A stretch of DNA of 63,422 nt, the filler included, from Octopus bimaculoides (lineage: Eukaryota): the NCBI RefSeq assembly GCF_001194135.2. It is 6 parts of 5 records of this genome, joined end to end, with 100 filler letters (N's around TTAATTAATTAA, not from the genome) between each part and the next. Parts side by side here need not be neighbours in the genome. Positions count along the whole stretch, not along the records: positions 42,904 to 52,044 come from NC_068986.1; positions 52,145 to 63,422 come from NC_068987.1; 4 more parts are not named here. The stretch is one strand, 5' to 3'. The position numbers and the translations under genes were made by a program. Shown here one piece after another: positions 51,538 through 63,422 of this stretch (position 1 is its first letter; every line of letters starts with the position of its first letter). Under the pieces are notes generated by a model that was given only the letters and a program-made list of their open reading frames with translations, searched no databases and was not told where the DNA came from.

Positions 51538-52822
51538 GCATAGGCACATGTACATGGATGTGCGTGCACGCATGTGTGTGTATGTATGTACAATGCACGC
51601 ATACGCGAATTCTATGAGCGTTTTTTGCTTTCTCTCTTTCTTAATAACAGTCATTTACATAGTAATTTCCCTTTGTTTAACGGTCATTTTATATGTTTTA
51701 TATATATATGTACGTATATATATATATATAAACAATATATGAGTATATGCATATATATGTACATGTATGTATATACGTTCATCCACATGTACATATAGAT
51801 ACATAACTGGGTACATGACGTGGCAAAAGAACAAGGACAAAAATGGTAAACAAGGTGCAACAAACAAGCAGGCCACATAGAAACATCCCCTTCATCAGCT
51901 GCCACCATTAAAACTCCGGCGTTTCGAAGAATTAAGGCAGTACGCATCGTTAAAATGGTTCTTCCCACGAACACAAATTAAATTGTTTTCGTGGAGGGTA
52001 GTGGCGGACGGAAAACAAGACAGGAAAACGAAACGGTGAAATAANNNNNNNNNNNNNNNNNNNNNNNNNNNNNNNNNNNNNNNNNNNNTTAATTAATTAA
52101 NNNNNNNNNNNNNNNNNNNNNNNNNNNNNNNNNNNNNNNNNNNNTATATATATATTTATATATATATCTATATATTTATATATTTTCAGGCTAAAAAAGC
52201 CGGGGAAATTCAGGCTAAATTCTTTGTAGGTAGCAGAAACTCGAAATTAGTAATTGCTCAACGAGGGGATTCTATCTTGTGTATCTGTTTAAATGTATAT
52301 ACACGGATAACACAATCTATTTATTTATTTCGTTGCATTTAACATTGCAAATGTCCCCAGCCTATATTCACAAAGACCTTCCATTAGCCAGCTTCAATCA
52401 TTCTTCACACATATGCTTTTCTTGTTGATCTCTCACTCCAAGCTTCCCACTCATTTGTAATGAAATCTGCTACGTTTTAACTTTGGATCCCTTGACGATA
52501 CTGTGACCTTCATTTAACTAAAGTATATTTGGCCTGATGAGTAACTAGTGGAGTATCCCTCGTAGAGTAATTTACTACTTCAGAGGTTCTACTATCTAGG
52601 AACAATATGTAGCCTGGATTTTACATGCTCTATTCACTAAACTATTTTTATTCGCATACCGTAGTTGCTAACCGTGGACTGTAAAATAACATTTTTTATA
52701 TCCATGTGCTTACTCCTTAGTCGCCTTGGACGGAGGAGACAATCTTATATACAAATATGTGAGTGTATGCGCGCGCGCGTGTATGTATAGTATGTATAAG
52801 TAAGACTCAAGAATATGCCCAC

Positions 52823-53090
52823 GGGCATATGGCGTAGTGGTTAAGAGCACGGGCTACTAATCTGAAGACTCCGAGTTCGATTCCAAGCAGTGACATTAAT
52901 AATAATAAGAATAATAATAATAATAATAATAATAACAACATCGAAAAATACCTTATGAATAAGAACCCAGGTTCGAAATTTCCCCGAGACACCTGAAGAA
53001 GGCTGGAGGTTATATCAGCCGAAACGTTGCGTTGAAAACAAACAAGATAAGGACAAATACCCGTCAAATGTAAATAACGTAGATAATGAG
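52823..53090 (+). mobile_element. tRNA-headed SINE-like element carrying a hammerhead motif (copy 2 at ~57433-57685)
   Basis: Box A TGGCGTAGTGG (52830-40), box B GTTCGATTCC (52875-84), (AAT)n spacer, then hammerhead-bearing 3' module. Confidence 0.82.
52989..53032 (+). ncRNA. Minimal type I hammerhead ribozyme motif (Penelope type)
   Basis: ACAC-CUGAAGA-A-GGCUG(10-nt loop)CAGCC-GAAAC-GUU^GCGU: intact core, 5-bp stem II, palindromic AACGUU stem III, one mismatch in stem I. Confidence 0.8.
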
Positions 53091-53655
53091 TCTTTTTTAG
53101 CCCAAACAAACTTCGGCATGGGAAAAAGTTACACCCTTCTATGCCAATAAACTAGTACTGTTCCTGAAAGTTGTTTTTTATAACTTCTACAGACTGGTCG
53201 ACGTTTACTAACTTCCAACACCTAGATACTTGGGTCTTACATTTACACATTATACACTCGCACACACACTCACACACACATACACACACACACACACACA
53301 TGCACACATACACACTCACGTAGATTTATATATATATATATATATATATATATGATTGTCTCCTACGTGCAAGACGTATGCCCATAGATACAAAACAAGG
53401 TGGATATAGTCGTATTCGGAAACCTAAGGTAGAGTAATATACTACTAATTAAGTCGTTACTAAGAGGTACTCATAACCGTTTGTAGACTTTTACGATGGT
53501 ATAATATTACATTATCACAACTGCCTGAGGAACGTTCGCATAAAACTCAGAGTTGCAGTGTTAAGATGTTATTCAGCTTTAAAAATTGTATATGCATGTA
53601 AGTAACTACATACAGTATTCACGCTCCGTAGCACCTTGCATTCACATATATTCAA

Positions 53656-56365
53656 CGTTAAAGGCTTCGTTGTTTCTAGGGTTATGTGTGGAGATGTATG
53701 GGAATATTTTTAAGTCTGGCTTAGTATATCGGTTGACTCTCCTTAATGATTGTATGTCTATTTCCTTAGCTCGTTTGATTCCATCATTTATTAAAGATAT
53801 TGGGAAATGTGTTTTGATTAGTATTGATCTGAGTTCAAGGAGCCTTCGTTCATGAGTATAGGAGTCCGAAACTATGGTACAGATTGTTTTCGCTAGATTC
53901 TAAGGTATATTAACTTTTATGTGTTAGGGGTAGCATGAGTTGAATAGTAGGTATTGTTTAGAATCTGTTGGTTTATAGAAGATGTCTGTTTCTATATGAT
54001 TATTGACTATTTTAATTAGGATGTCAAGAAAAGGGAGTTGCTTTCTGCTGTGCTCAATGGTAAATTGTATGTTACTCTTAATAATGTTAAGCATTATTTT
54101 GAAATCGAGGAATTTGTCCATGCTGTCTTTCCAAAGTATAAAGCAATCGTCCAAATACATCTTTCAGTTCTCCTTTTACTAGCAATGTTTTTGTAATGAT
54201 GATTGATATATTTGGAGCTCTAGGTAACCCATTACAAGCTTCGCAATCACTGGCGCAGCTCGGGTTCCCATTGCAATTCCACATAGTAAGCTGTATTGAA
54301 TATGAAAGAGCTGGTCAGTAGGATGGATTTGAGTGCTACGATTATGAATCTGTGGTTGATGCGCCCTGGATTCTCTTGTGGGTATTTTTCTAGCCAGAAG
54401 GTGATCGCTTCTATACCATAATCGTGTGGGATATTGGTGTACAAATTCACCACATCGAATGATACTAACAGGGTTCCTTCACTTATTGCCTTCGGGAGGT
54501 GCTTTAGCATATCTACGTCATCCCTGATGAAGCTTTGCACATATTCTAGAAACGGCTTGAGAAAGATGTCGTGGAAGTTGCTCAAACGGTGGGTTTCATA
54601 AGCAGGGCCAGCAATGATGTGTCTCAGTTTGAGGTGTGTAGGGGGAGGACAATTAATGCAGAGGCTTAGAGAAACATTTGCAAGCTTTACAAGTATGTGG
54701 ATTTTTGTGTACTGTAGGTAATCCATAGAATAGACAAGATCTATATTTAAAATCAGATAGTCAATTTCATGTTTAGTGAGGCCCTTTCCATGTATTTGAA
54801 GTAAAGAGGATACATTTTTAAGAGTCTTCTGTGAGTTGTATTGTACTATCAATTCGTAGTAAATATTATTTTCCAACATGGAGAGTATTAACGTTTTGTA
54901 GTACTTTGTGTCCATCACCAGTACCACTTCCTTTGTCGGCTTCTTTAATGGTCAGGTTTATATCATTTTTTAACTCGATTAGGTCTTTCCATTCATTTAC
55001 ATTAAGGTTGGATTTAATTCGTTGTTTTTGTAGGGTAATAAAAAGGAAAANNNNNNNNNNNNNNNNNNNNNNNNNNNNNNNNNNNNNNNNNNNNNNNNNN
55101 NNNNNNNNNNNNNNNNNNNNNNNNNNNNNNNNNNNNNNNNNNNNNNNNNNNNNNNNNNNNNNNNNNNNNNNNNNNNNNNNNNNNNNNNNNNNNNNNNNNN
55201 NNNNNNNNNNNNNNNNNNNNNNNNNNNNNNNNNNNNNNNNNNNNNNNNNNNNNNNNNNNNNNNNNNNNNNNNNNNNNNNNNNNNNNNNNNNNNNNNNNNN
55301 NNNNNNNNNNNNNNNNNNNNNNNNNNNNNNNNNNNNNNNNNNNNNNNNNNNNNNNNNNNNNNNNNNNNNNNNNNNNNNNNNNNNNNNNNNNNNNNNNNNN
55401 NNNNNNNNNNNNNNNNNNNNNNNNNNNNNNNNNNNNNNNNNNNNNNNNNNNNNNNNNNNNNNNNNNNNNNNNNNNNNNNNNNNNNNNNNNNNNNNNNNNN
55501 NNNNNNNNNNNNNNNNNNNNNNNNNNNNNNNNNNNNNNNNNNNNNNNNNNNNNNNNNNNNNNNNNNNNNNNNNNNNNNNNNNNNNNNNNNNNNNNNNNNN
55601 NNNNNNNNNNNNNNNNNNNNNNNNNNNNNNNNNNNNNNNNNNNNNNNNNNNNNNNNNNNNNNNNNNNNNNNNNNNNNNNNNNNNNNNNNNNNNNNNNNNN
55701 NNNNNNNNNNNNNNNNNNNNNNNNNNNNNNNNNNNNNNNNNNNNNNNNNNNNNNNNNNNNNNNNNNNNNNNNCCATAGTGTTATCCTTAATTTCATTTGG
55801 GTGCGATCTGCAAGGGGTTGGAGTAAACTTTAAACCTCTTGCTAGAATTTTAGTTTGTGTAGCACTTAAAATGTTCTTTGATAAGTTGATTATTTTCGGT
55901 TTTTGTTGTACATATTGTTCCATTTCACATTTCTGTTTCTCTGATTTAAGTCTAAAAAATGGTTGTAGTAGGTGGATTGTTGTGGAAAGTATGTATTGTG
56001 TTTGGTTTGCTGAGGGGAAATGGGTGTAAAGTGTGTCTGTGGGAATATGGTGGTTGTGGAGTGGCTGTGAAGCAGGCTAGATTATGGTATTGACGGTTGT
56101 TATATTGTCTATGTTTGATGTGGTTAGGGTTAAAATTATTTTTAATATTGTAATGTGGGTGGAGGGCGAAGTTATGTTGTCTAGTTAGGTTGTGTCTAGT
56201 TGAATGCTTGAAGTAACCATGTTGCGGGTTAAGTCTCAGAGGTAAATTCTTCCACTTATTGTGAGATGATGGAGGTGGATTGGTAGGTATCGGTTCCCAA
56301 AAGTTTAGATTAGTCTGCAGGTTTCAATGGAACGTTTGATTTGTATGTAGGATGACATGAGGATT
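53656..56365 (-). mobile_element. Penelope-like element: N-terminus plus RT, frameshifted, lacking GIY-YIG, gapped
   Basis: KIINLSKNILSATQTKILARGLKFTPTP; LVSFDVVNLYTNIP; GIAMGT..AP; YLDDCF; PFLDILI; TDIFYKPTD..QYL; ends at PYISTHNPRNNEAFN. Confidence 0.92.
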
Positions 56366-57110
56366 NNNNNNNNNNNNNNNNNNNNNNNNNNNNNNNNNNN
56401 NNNNNNNNNNNNNNNNNNNNNNNNNNNNNNNNNNNNNNNNNNNNNNNNNNNNNNNNNNNNNNNNNNNNNNNNNNNNNNNNNNNNNNNNNNNNNNNNNNNN
56501 NNNNNNNNNNNNNNNNNNNNNNNNNNNNNNNNNNNNNNNNNNNNNNNNNNNNNNNNNNNNNNNNNNNNNNNNNNNNNNNNNNNNNNNNNNNNNNNNNNNN
56601 NNNNNNNNNNNNNNNNNNNNNNNNNNNNNNNNNNNNNNNNNNNNNNNNNNNNNNNNNNNNNNNNNNNNNNNNNNNNNNNNNNNNNNNNNNNNNNNNNNNN
56701 NNNNNNNNNNNNNNNNNNNNNNNNNNNNNNNNNNNNNNNNNNNNNNNNNNNNNNNNNNNNNNNNNNNNNNNNNNNNNNNNNNNNNNNNNNNNNNNNNNNN
56801 NNNNNNNNNNNNNNNNNNNNNNNTGTGTGTGTGTGTATTGGAGCAGCCCTTTAATTTTTTTGAATCTGTTTAAATGTATATACACGGATAACACAACATA
56901 TTTATTTATTTCGCACATTTGACATAGGAAATGTCCCCAGCCTATATTCAGAAAGACCTTCCATTAGCCAGCTTCAATCATTCTTCACACATATGCTTTT
57001 GTTGTTGTTCTCTCATTCCAAGCTTTCAACTCATTTTTGATTAAATCTGCTGCGTGTTAACTTTGGATCCCTTGACAATAATGTAACCTTCATTTAACTA
57101 AAGTATATTC

Positions 57111-57195
57111 GGCCTGATGAGTAGCTAATGGAGTATCACTCGTAGAGTAATCTACTACTTCAGAGGTTCTACTAGCTAGGAACCATATTGAGCCC
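57111..57195 (+). ncRNA. Degenerate type I hammerhead with long stem II (copy 1 at 52531-52614)
   Basis: GGC-CUGAUGA-GUAGCUAAUGGAG...UUCUACUAGCUAG-GAAAC. The two copies together give the consensus GAAAC-(a)AUAU-GUA^GCC; each copy carries lesions. Confidence 0.55.
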
Positions 57196-57511
57196 GGATT
57201 TTACATGCTCTATTCACTAAATTATTTTTATTCGCATACATAGTAACCGTAGTTGCTAACCGTGGACTGTAAAATATCATTTTTTTGTATCGATGTGCTT
57301 ACTCCTTAGTCGCCTTGGACGGAGGAGAAAATCATATATATAAATACGTGAGTGTGTGTGCGTGTGTGTGTGTGCGTGTGTGTGTGTGTGTGTGTGTATA
57401 ATGTGTAAAATTAAGACCCAAGAATATGCCCACAGGCATATGGCGTATTGGTTAAGAGCACGGGCTACTAACATCAAGATTCCGAGTTCGATTCCAAGCA
57501 GTGACATGAAC

Positions 57512-57542
<31 letters not shown>

Positions 57543-57590
57543 TCGAAAAATACCTTATGAACAAGAATCCAGGTTCGAAATTTCCCCGAA

Positions 57591-57634
57591 GCACCTGAAG
57601 GAGGCTGGAGGGTATATCAGCCGAAACGTTGTGT
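57591..57634 (+). ncRNA. Minimal type I hammerhead ribozyme motif, copy 2 (core A9->G)
   Basis: GCAC-CUGAAGG-A-GGCUG...CAGCC-GAAAC-GUU^GUGU: stem I intact (GCAC/GUGU), one core substitution. Confidence 0.7.
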
Positions 57635-60600
57635 TAAAAACAAACAAGATAAGGACAAATATCCGTCGAATGTAAATAATGTAGATATTGAATCTATTTT
57701 AGCCCTATCAAACTTCGCTTCGTTATAGGAAAAATTTACACCCTTCTATGCCAATAAACTAGTATTGTTCCTGAAAGTTGTTTTTTATAACTTCCAAAGA
57801 AATTTACTAACTTCCAAAACCTAGATTCTTGGGTCTTACTCTTACACATTATACACTCGCATACACTCACGTAGATTTATATACATATACATATATATNN
57901 NNNNNNNNATATATATGATTGTCTCCTACGTGCAAGACGACCAAGAAGTGAGCCCATAGATACAAAACAAGGTGGAAAAAGTAGTATTCGGAAACCTAAA
58001 GTAGAGTAACATACTACTAATTAAACTGTTACTAAGAGGTTCTAATAACCGTTTGTAGACTCTTACGATGATATAATATTGCAATATTAGTCTGAGGAAC
58101 GTTCGCATAAAACTCTGAGTTACAGTGTTAAGATGCTTTTCAACTTAAAAAATTGTATATGCATGTATACATGTATGCATGTAAGTAACTACATACATTA
58201 ATCACGCTCCGTAGCACATTGCATTCATATATATTCAAGGCAATTCCTCCCGACACATGACAATTATTTGATGGAAAAGTAAAATGGTGCCGTCTTGGGA
58301 TTTGAACTCGCAAAGTAAACGAAGGTCAATAAACTATGCAGTCTAAAGAGTCTGTTTTACATCAATTTATTGACGTTTGAAAATAGTGAGAGAAATGTTA
58401 TCACCTATTCATTAGACTAATTAGTACAGCAAATATTGCGATATTATTACACCATCAGGTTAAATGAGGGTCAAATAATTATTTAACGGAGTTAAATTGA
58501 AATTTCAAAGCTATTTCTAAAGTTAATTTCTAATTATATAAAAAAAAATCTTCAAAACACAAATTTCGTAATTATAAATTTGCATTAATTAATTCATTTC
58601 AACATTCTTCGATGTGTTTCAACATTTAAATTACCAATCTAAACAGGTCTAATTAATCAGAAACAATTTTTATTGGATAAAGCTACATAATTAACACTAA
58701 CTTCTCATTTCTTGCTTGCTGTTTCAATTTAGACATTTCTACAATGCATAAAACGTTCGTTCACTTTGGTTTTTGTTTTGTTTAGCTGTGAAAGTTTACG
58801 GAACAATTAAATATTTAGTCATAGGCATCACAGGTGTGATCAGCATAGATACCCTGTACGCAATACTGTATCCATGACTATTTTATCAAATATGTCATGT
58901 CTTAGTTTAAGATGAAATAGCATAATTTCAAAGAAAATTTATTAGTATTCCTAGCAGAGCTGAGACTAGATACACCGGATGCGATGCTTCTGGTTACAGA
59001 TAACGTACTGGAGCGCTGCCTCGAATATTGTATGTCATAAATATGTTGCTACTTTTGCTACCATATTTGCATTTCAAGAAAACTAGTACATTAATGTTTA
59101 ATAAATGAGACATTTTACTGTACACATCTGGTACATATTTGATACTTTCTCTATCTTGCTTTTTGAATTTAAGTATGTGTTCAATGATCTGTACAGTTAA
59201 CACCGCACGTGGGCATATGTATATTTCAATGACTTATTTTTGATTGAAATGTGGAGCCGTGTGGCTTAGTGGTTACGATGTTGGACTCACGATCGTAAGA
59301 TTGCGGTTTCGACTCCTGGACCGCACAACACGTTGTGCTCTTGAGCAAAACACTTCATTTCACTCAGTTGACAAAGATGAGTAATCCTGCGACGGTCCGG
59401 TGTTCCGTCCAGGTGGGGAATTTATACGCATGGAAACCAGAAAACCGCCCCTAATGACACGAGAAGGTAACTATATTTTCCTGAATGAAATACAATACGA
59501 AGTTAAAGAAACGCCACTGGAACGGCAATGTTATTGATTTCCACATTATTTCTATAAGATGGTAGGATTTGTTCCAAACTAGATTTCATTGACAATGTCC
59601 TACTTAAATCATACCATCCTGTTCCTGTCCAGGAGAAGCATTTCTTAAACTATTTTTATACACCATTTCCACTATCCATAGCTGGACAATGTAGACTCCA
59701 GTCTCCCGGCTACGTCTCTCAGCTGAAAGCTTGTCACAATGACCTAGTCACTTTCGCAGGTAGGTACCCCGCTTATTTCCCTAATACTGTTAAAATACCT
59801 CTTAATACCAGAGGAGTTATAGTATTTCCTTCTGTAACTCCTCCTGTCCTTCATTCAGTTGTATGAAGTTAGAGACTTTGGTTACTGGCTTACTTGCTGA
59901 CCCGTCAAAAAAAAAAAAACCCTAAAAAAGCACAATCTCCTGCAAATGATACGGCCCATAATTCCCTTTTCTTATCAAGAAGTCCTCATCTCTCCACACA
60001 TGTAGCTTAAGCTTGAACATCACGCTAATAAATCTCCGTTGACAGCTCCAAATTTTAGATCCCAATGCTGCCGTTGATTACTTTCGTGAAACACATATAC
60101 ACACACTGTTGAGAGAGCATTTTAGAAAAATGCCTTTTAGTATAAAGAAATAATTTTGGAATAGCAGTTACTAATATACTACAAGACTCACACAATACAA
60201 ACATATGAAAATTTCGTTCATGTTTGGTCAGTATATTTGCTAGTGCGCACATTAACATTCTAGACCGCATTCACAGGAATTCCACTTAATTTCCTAATAG
60301 TCTTTACGGACAGATTTCAATCTCTGTCTTGTTAGCATTCACTCTGTTAGAGTTATAATGCTCTCGGATGTGGCTAATTTCGCACCATGATCACTCAAGA
60401 AGTCCCTATTCATTACTTTGCGCAACCATGTTCTTTCCAACACGTAATTCACCTCACTGTTCGTTTGATTCTTGCATCTTTTGATAGTTTAGGCGGTGCA
60501 TAGCAGTATTAATTTTACCCGTGCCAGAAAATTATTTAGTAAATAATTAACACAAGACATATTAAGTCGCTTCCTTAGAAAGAAACATTAAAACTTTAAC

Positions 60601-60798
60601 TGACATTATTTTGCAATACTTACTCGAACAATTTTAGACGTGAACGTGTAAAAACAAAGAAGTGTGTTTTCTGAAGCGAGTTTAGGAATATCAATGCTCT
60701 CTCCCACATCTATCTCCCCACCGCTCTCNNNNNNNNNNCTCTCTCTCTCTCCCTTTTCCTCTCTATCTTCCACCCTCCGTTTTCTTTCTCTCTCTTTT

Positions 60799-60850
<52 letters not shown>

Positions 60851-63379
60851 ACTCTCATTCCTTCTCTTCTTTCGTCCGTTTATTCCATTCTCTCTATCTT
60901 TCTATCTCCCTCCCACTGTGTTCTCTCTCTCTTTCTCTCTATTTCACACACTCACACATGATCCCATACATATATGTACACTAGCATTCGAACAGGTGCG
61001 TATGAATGAATATATTTGTATGTAAGTGTACGTGTCTTTGTACACATGATTTTGTGTGCGCGTTTGTGTGTACAGATTACACAGATATATTGAAATGTAT
61101 TATTTATTACATCGAATAATGTAATTAATCATCGGGAAATGAGTCGAAACATGGTGTCATGCTATCCAACATCCCATCTTTAATGATTATTATTAAGTTA
61201 TAAAATATTTGTTGTATTGTGCATATATAATTCCTTTACGGTTGTACAGCAATCAATGCTATTGTGTAAGGGGTATAGGTTGTTGAATTATGTAATCTTT
61301 ATTCATTGTTATTGACAGTAGTTCTGTATCATTACATACATTTCCATAAGTTCCCTAGTTTCTGCCCTCATATATCATCGATACTATAATTATATATTAC
61401 CCATAAAGATAACCATATATACTTTAATGGCAATTATATAATTATTATGATCTTCCTGGAAATTAGGAGCAATAGATATAATGCGTTTCCTACTTGTGAG
61501 ACACAGCTACACACGTTAGTAGAAGCCCTATTCGAGGACATAAACCGCATGTATTGAAGAGAGATTTAATATGTCCCCGAGATACAGATGAAAGACAAGC
61601 GTCGTTCATTGCAATCTCACATCTGTAAATAAATAAACTGCAAGACATTCTGGTGTGACACTCTAAGGATAATCACGTGGTGGGTATTATATTTATTAGT
61701 GTTAGATGATCATGACATCCACCTCGTTAGAAAGCCAATGACTGTAATATTGTTGTCATCGTGCTTTTAGGTCCTGTTCCCTAATGATTGGAAAACGTAA
61801 CTCCAAAAGCGTACCAGCAATGCAAATTCGAGATTTTTCTATATATATCGAAGTATACGTATTCGTCCCTCTTTTTATGGACACTTGAGCATTCCTTTTT
61901 TATTAATGTAATTATGATAGCAACCTGCAAAACCCACAGCCGTCTTCTATTTCAACAAACTAGGCTGGGTTTCTATTCGTTAATTGATCTTTTAAACAGA
62001 TTTACCCTTCGCAAGCTCTGTTCTAAAACCACGTAGCAGATACTAGAATATGTTTACACTTTCGGGCCATACCATGCATTTCCACTGTCATTCTACGTAC
62101 GCATTGAATGATATAATCACCAAAGCCATCCAAATATTATCCTCAATATTGTTTTCGAAGTTCTCGGTAAGAATTCCATTAAGGGATGAATCTAGCCTTA
62201 AATTTTCTGTTATGCACACCACGCAACCAATTTTCTGCTAGACAGAGAAAAATAGATGCCTATCCTTGCCAATGAAGCTGGCTGACCGATTTTGCGGATG
62301 AATTCGACTGATAGCCAGATGCATTATATACGTGTTAACAGCCATTCAAAAAATCGCTGTCCCTCAGAAACTGATTGCAAAAACATTTCATCATTCTTCG
62401 ACAAGCCAGGTTGACAGCACGTCCGTTACCGTAAAATGTATATCCGACCGAAAATGTTCCCCACTGTTAATAGTAAGTTAATAAATTCTTGAGTCATATC
62501 AAAGAACATCGACCAAACGTCCTTTGGAATACATAGCCTTCTTTCATTTTGCCTGAGAAAGTCGACCGTTTTCTCTACACTCTTCGATAGTTCTATACAA
62601 GGAGGTAAGTTCGAATTTCCGTCAGTCACATTGACAGTTAGAAGAATGTTTTGAATGCTTCGTAACATTCAACACAGCAGTGCCTGAATCATGATACTCG
62701 ATTTTGGACAGCAGTCCTGACAATTAGACAAGATTTGATAAAACATGACTAGCAACCGGTAAACATGTCATTACCCCACCCAGAAATAAATTCATCTTCC
62801 TTTCACACAAAGTGTAATAAAATTTATTCAGTGCAAATATTCCATATGTTTCCCTACAACTGATTCTATTTTGCCCAAACGAATTAAATTCCAGTAATCA
62901 AAACTGTTTATCGGGTAAAATCTTGTCAGATGAGTATAAAATACGTATCGTTAGGTTATTACATGTAATTATTGCAAAACATCTCAACAGACTGAATCTC
63001 ATCTAATTACTTAGACTGGTATAAACCTTTGCCAGTGGGTAGGTCATATAATGGTAATAATTGGTAAATAAATGTTTGATTGTTAGTTATGGCAAATATA
63101 GAATCATATGAGTAAAAGAAGAAATAAGTGATCAGTTGTATAATTTGTTAAAGAAATTCATTAAACTAAGATGAAAAATAGATAAATTACAATATAATCG
63201 TAGTCAGAAGGGACAGCAGTCTTATGATAGATGCAACGAGCACACAGATACACACATTTACATGTATACAAATACACACACACACACATATATATATATA
63301 TGTTCATACGTACAGGCACACATACATATATATAAACATATATATATATAAATATATGTGTGTATATATATATGTGTGT

Positions 63380-63422
<43 letters not shown>

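Larger units (their letters stand above)
52283..53655 (+). repeat. Copy 1 of ~1.37-kb direct repeat flanking the Penelope body
   Basis: Collinear with 56864-58238 along its whole length, with scattered substitutions and microsatellite length differences. Confidence 0.92.
56864..58238 (+). repeat. Copy 2 of ~1.37-kb direct repeat
   Basis: See copy 1; same start ATCTGTTTAAATGTATATACACGG and end ATATATTCAA. Confidence 0.92.

Noticed and set aside
51880-51930. Minus-strand GAAAC...CTGATGA (type II hammerhead order) near a Penelope fragment
   Set aside because: The cleavage triplet reads GCC, stem I does not pair and stem II is mostly G-U; at best a scrambled PLE end.
52823-52894. tRNA gene candidate (also other SINE heads)
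   Set aside because: Boxes A and B are present but there is no acceptor stem or complete cloverleaf; these are repeated SINE heads.
54831-56918. 200-315 aa ORFs full of X (also 3005-3511)
   Set aside because: Read-through of assembly gaps.
62426-62668. 80-aa minus-strand ORF
   Set aside because: No motif recognised; stop immediately upstream; no splice support.

Overview
AT-rich, microsatellite- and transposon-dense animal genomic DNA. The SINE/RTE repeat families look like Octopus (inferred from familiarity, not proven). Six contigs are joined by 100-N gaps that carry a TTAATTAATTAA linker. The only solid host gene is an SFMBT (Scm-like with four MBT domains, Polycomb group) homolog on the minus strand. 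Three consecutive phase-compatible exons (31282-31045, 29854-29679, 26842-26388) encode the SLED domain and the downstream basic linker; I did not find the MBT or SAM exons in the window. The rest is mostly decayed mobile DNA: RTE LINEs, Penelope-like elements, tRNA-SINEs, hAT/SPIN-like, maT, Tc1, mariner, Chapaev3-like and Merlin transposons, and MITEs. Two observations stand out. (1) A ~93%-identical inverted copy of the SLED exon and its 3' splice site lies ~1.7 kb upstream in the same intron. It is predicted to fold back onto the exon in pre-mRNA, as a candidate ADAR-editing or splice-control duplex. (2) A tRNA-headed (Pol III box A/B) element carries a Penelope-type minimal hammerhead ribozyme and is preceded by a second hammerhead. 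Both sit inside 1.37-kb direct repeats flanking an antisense Penelope RT.
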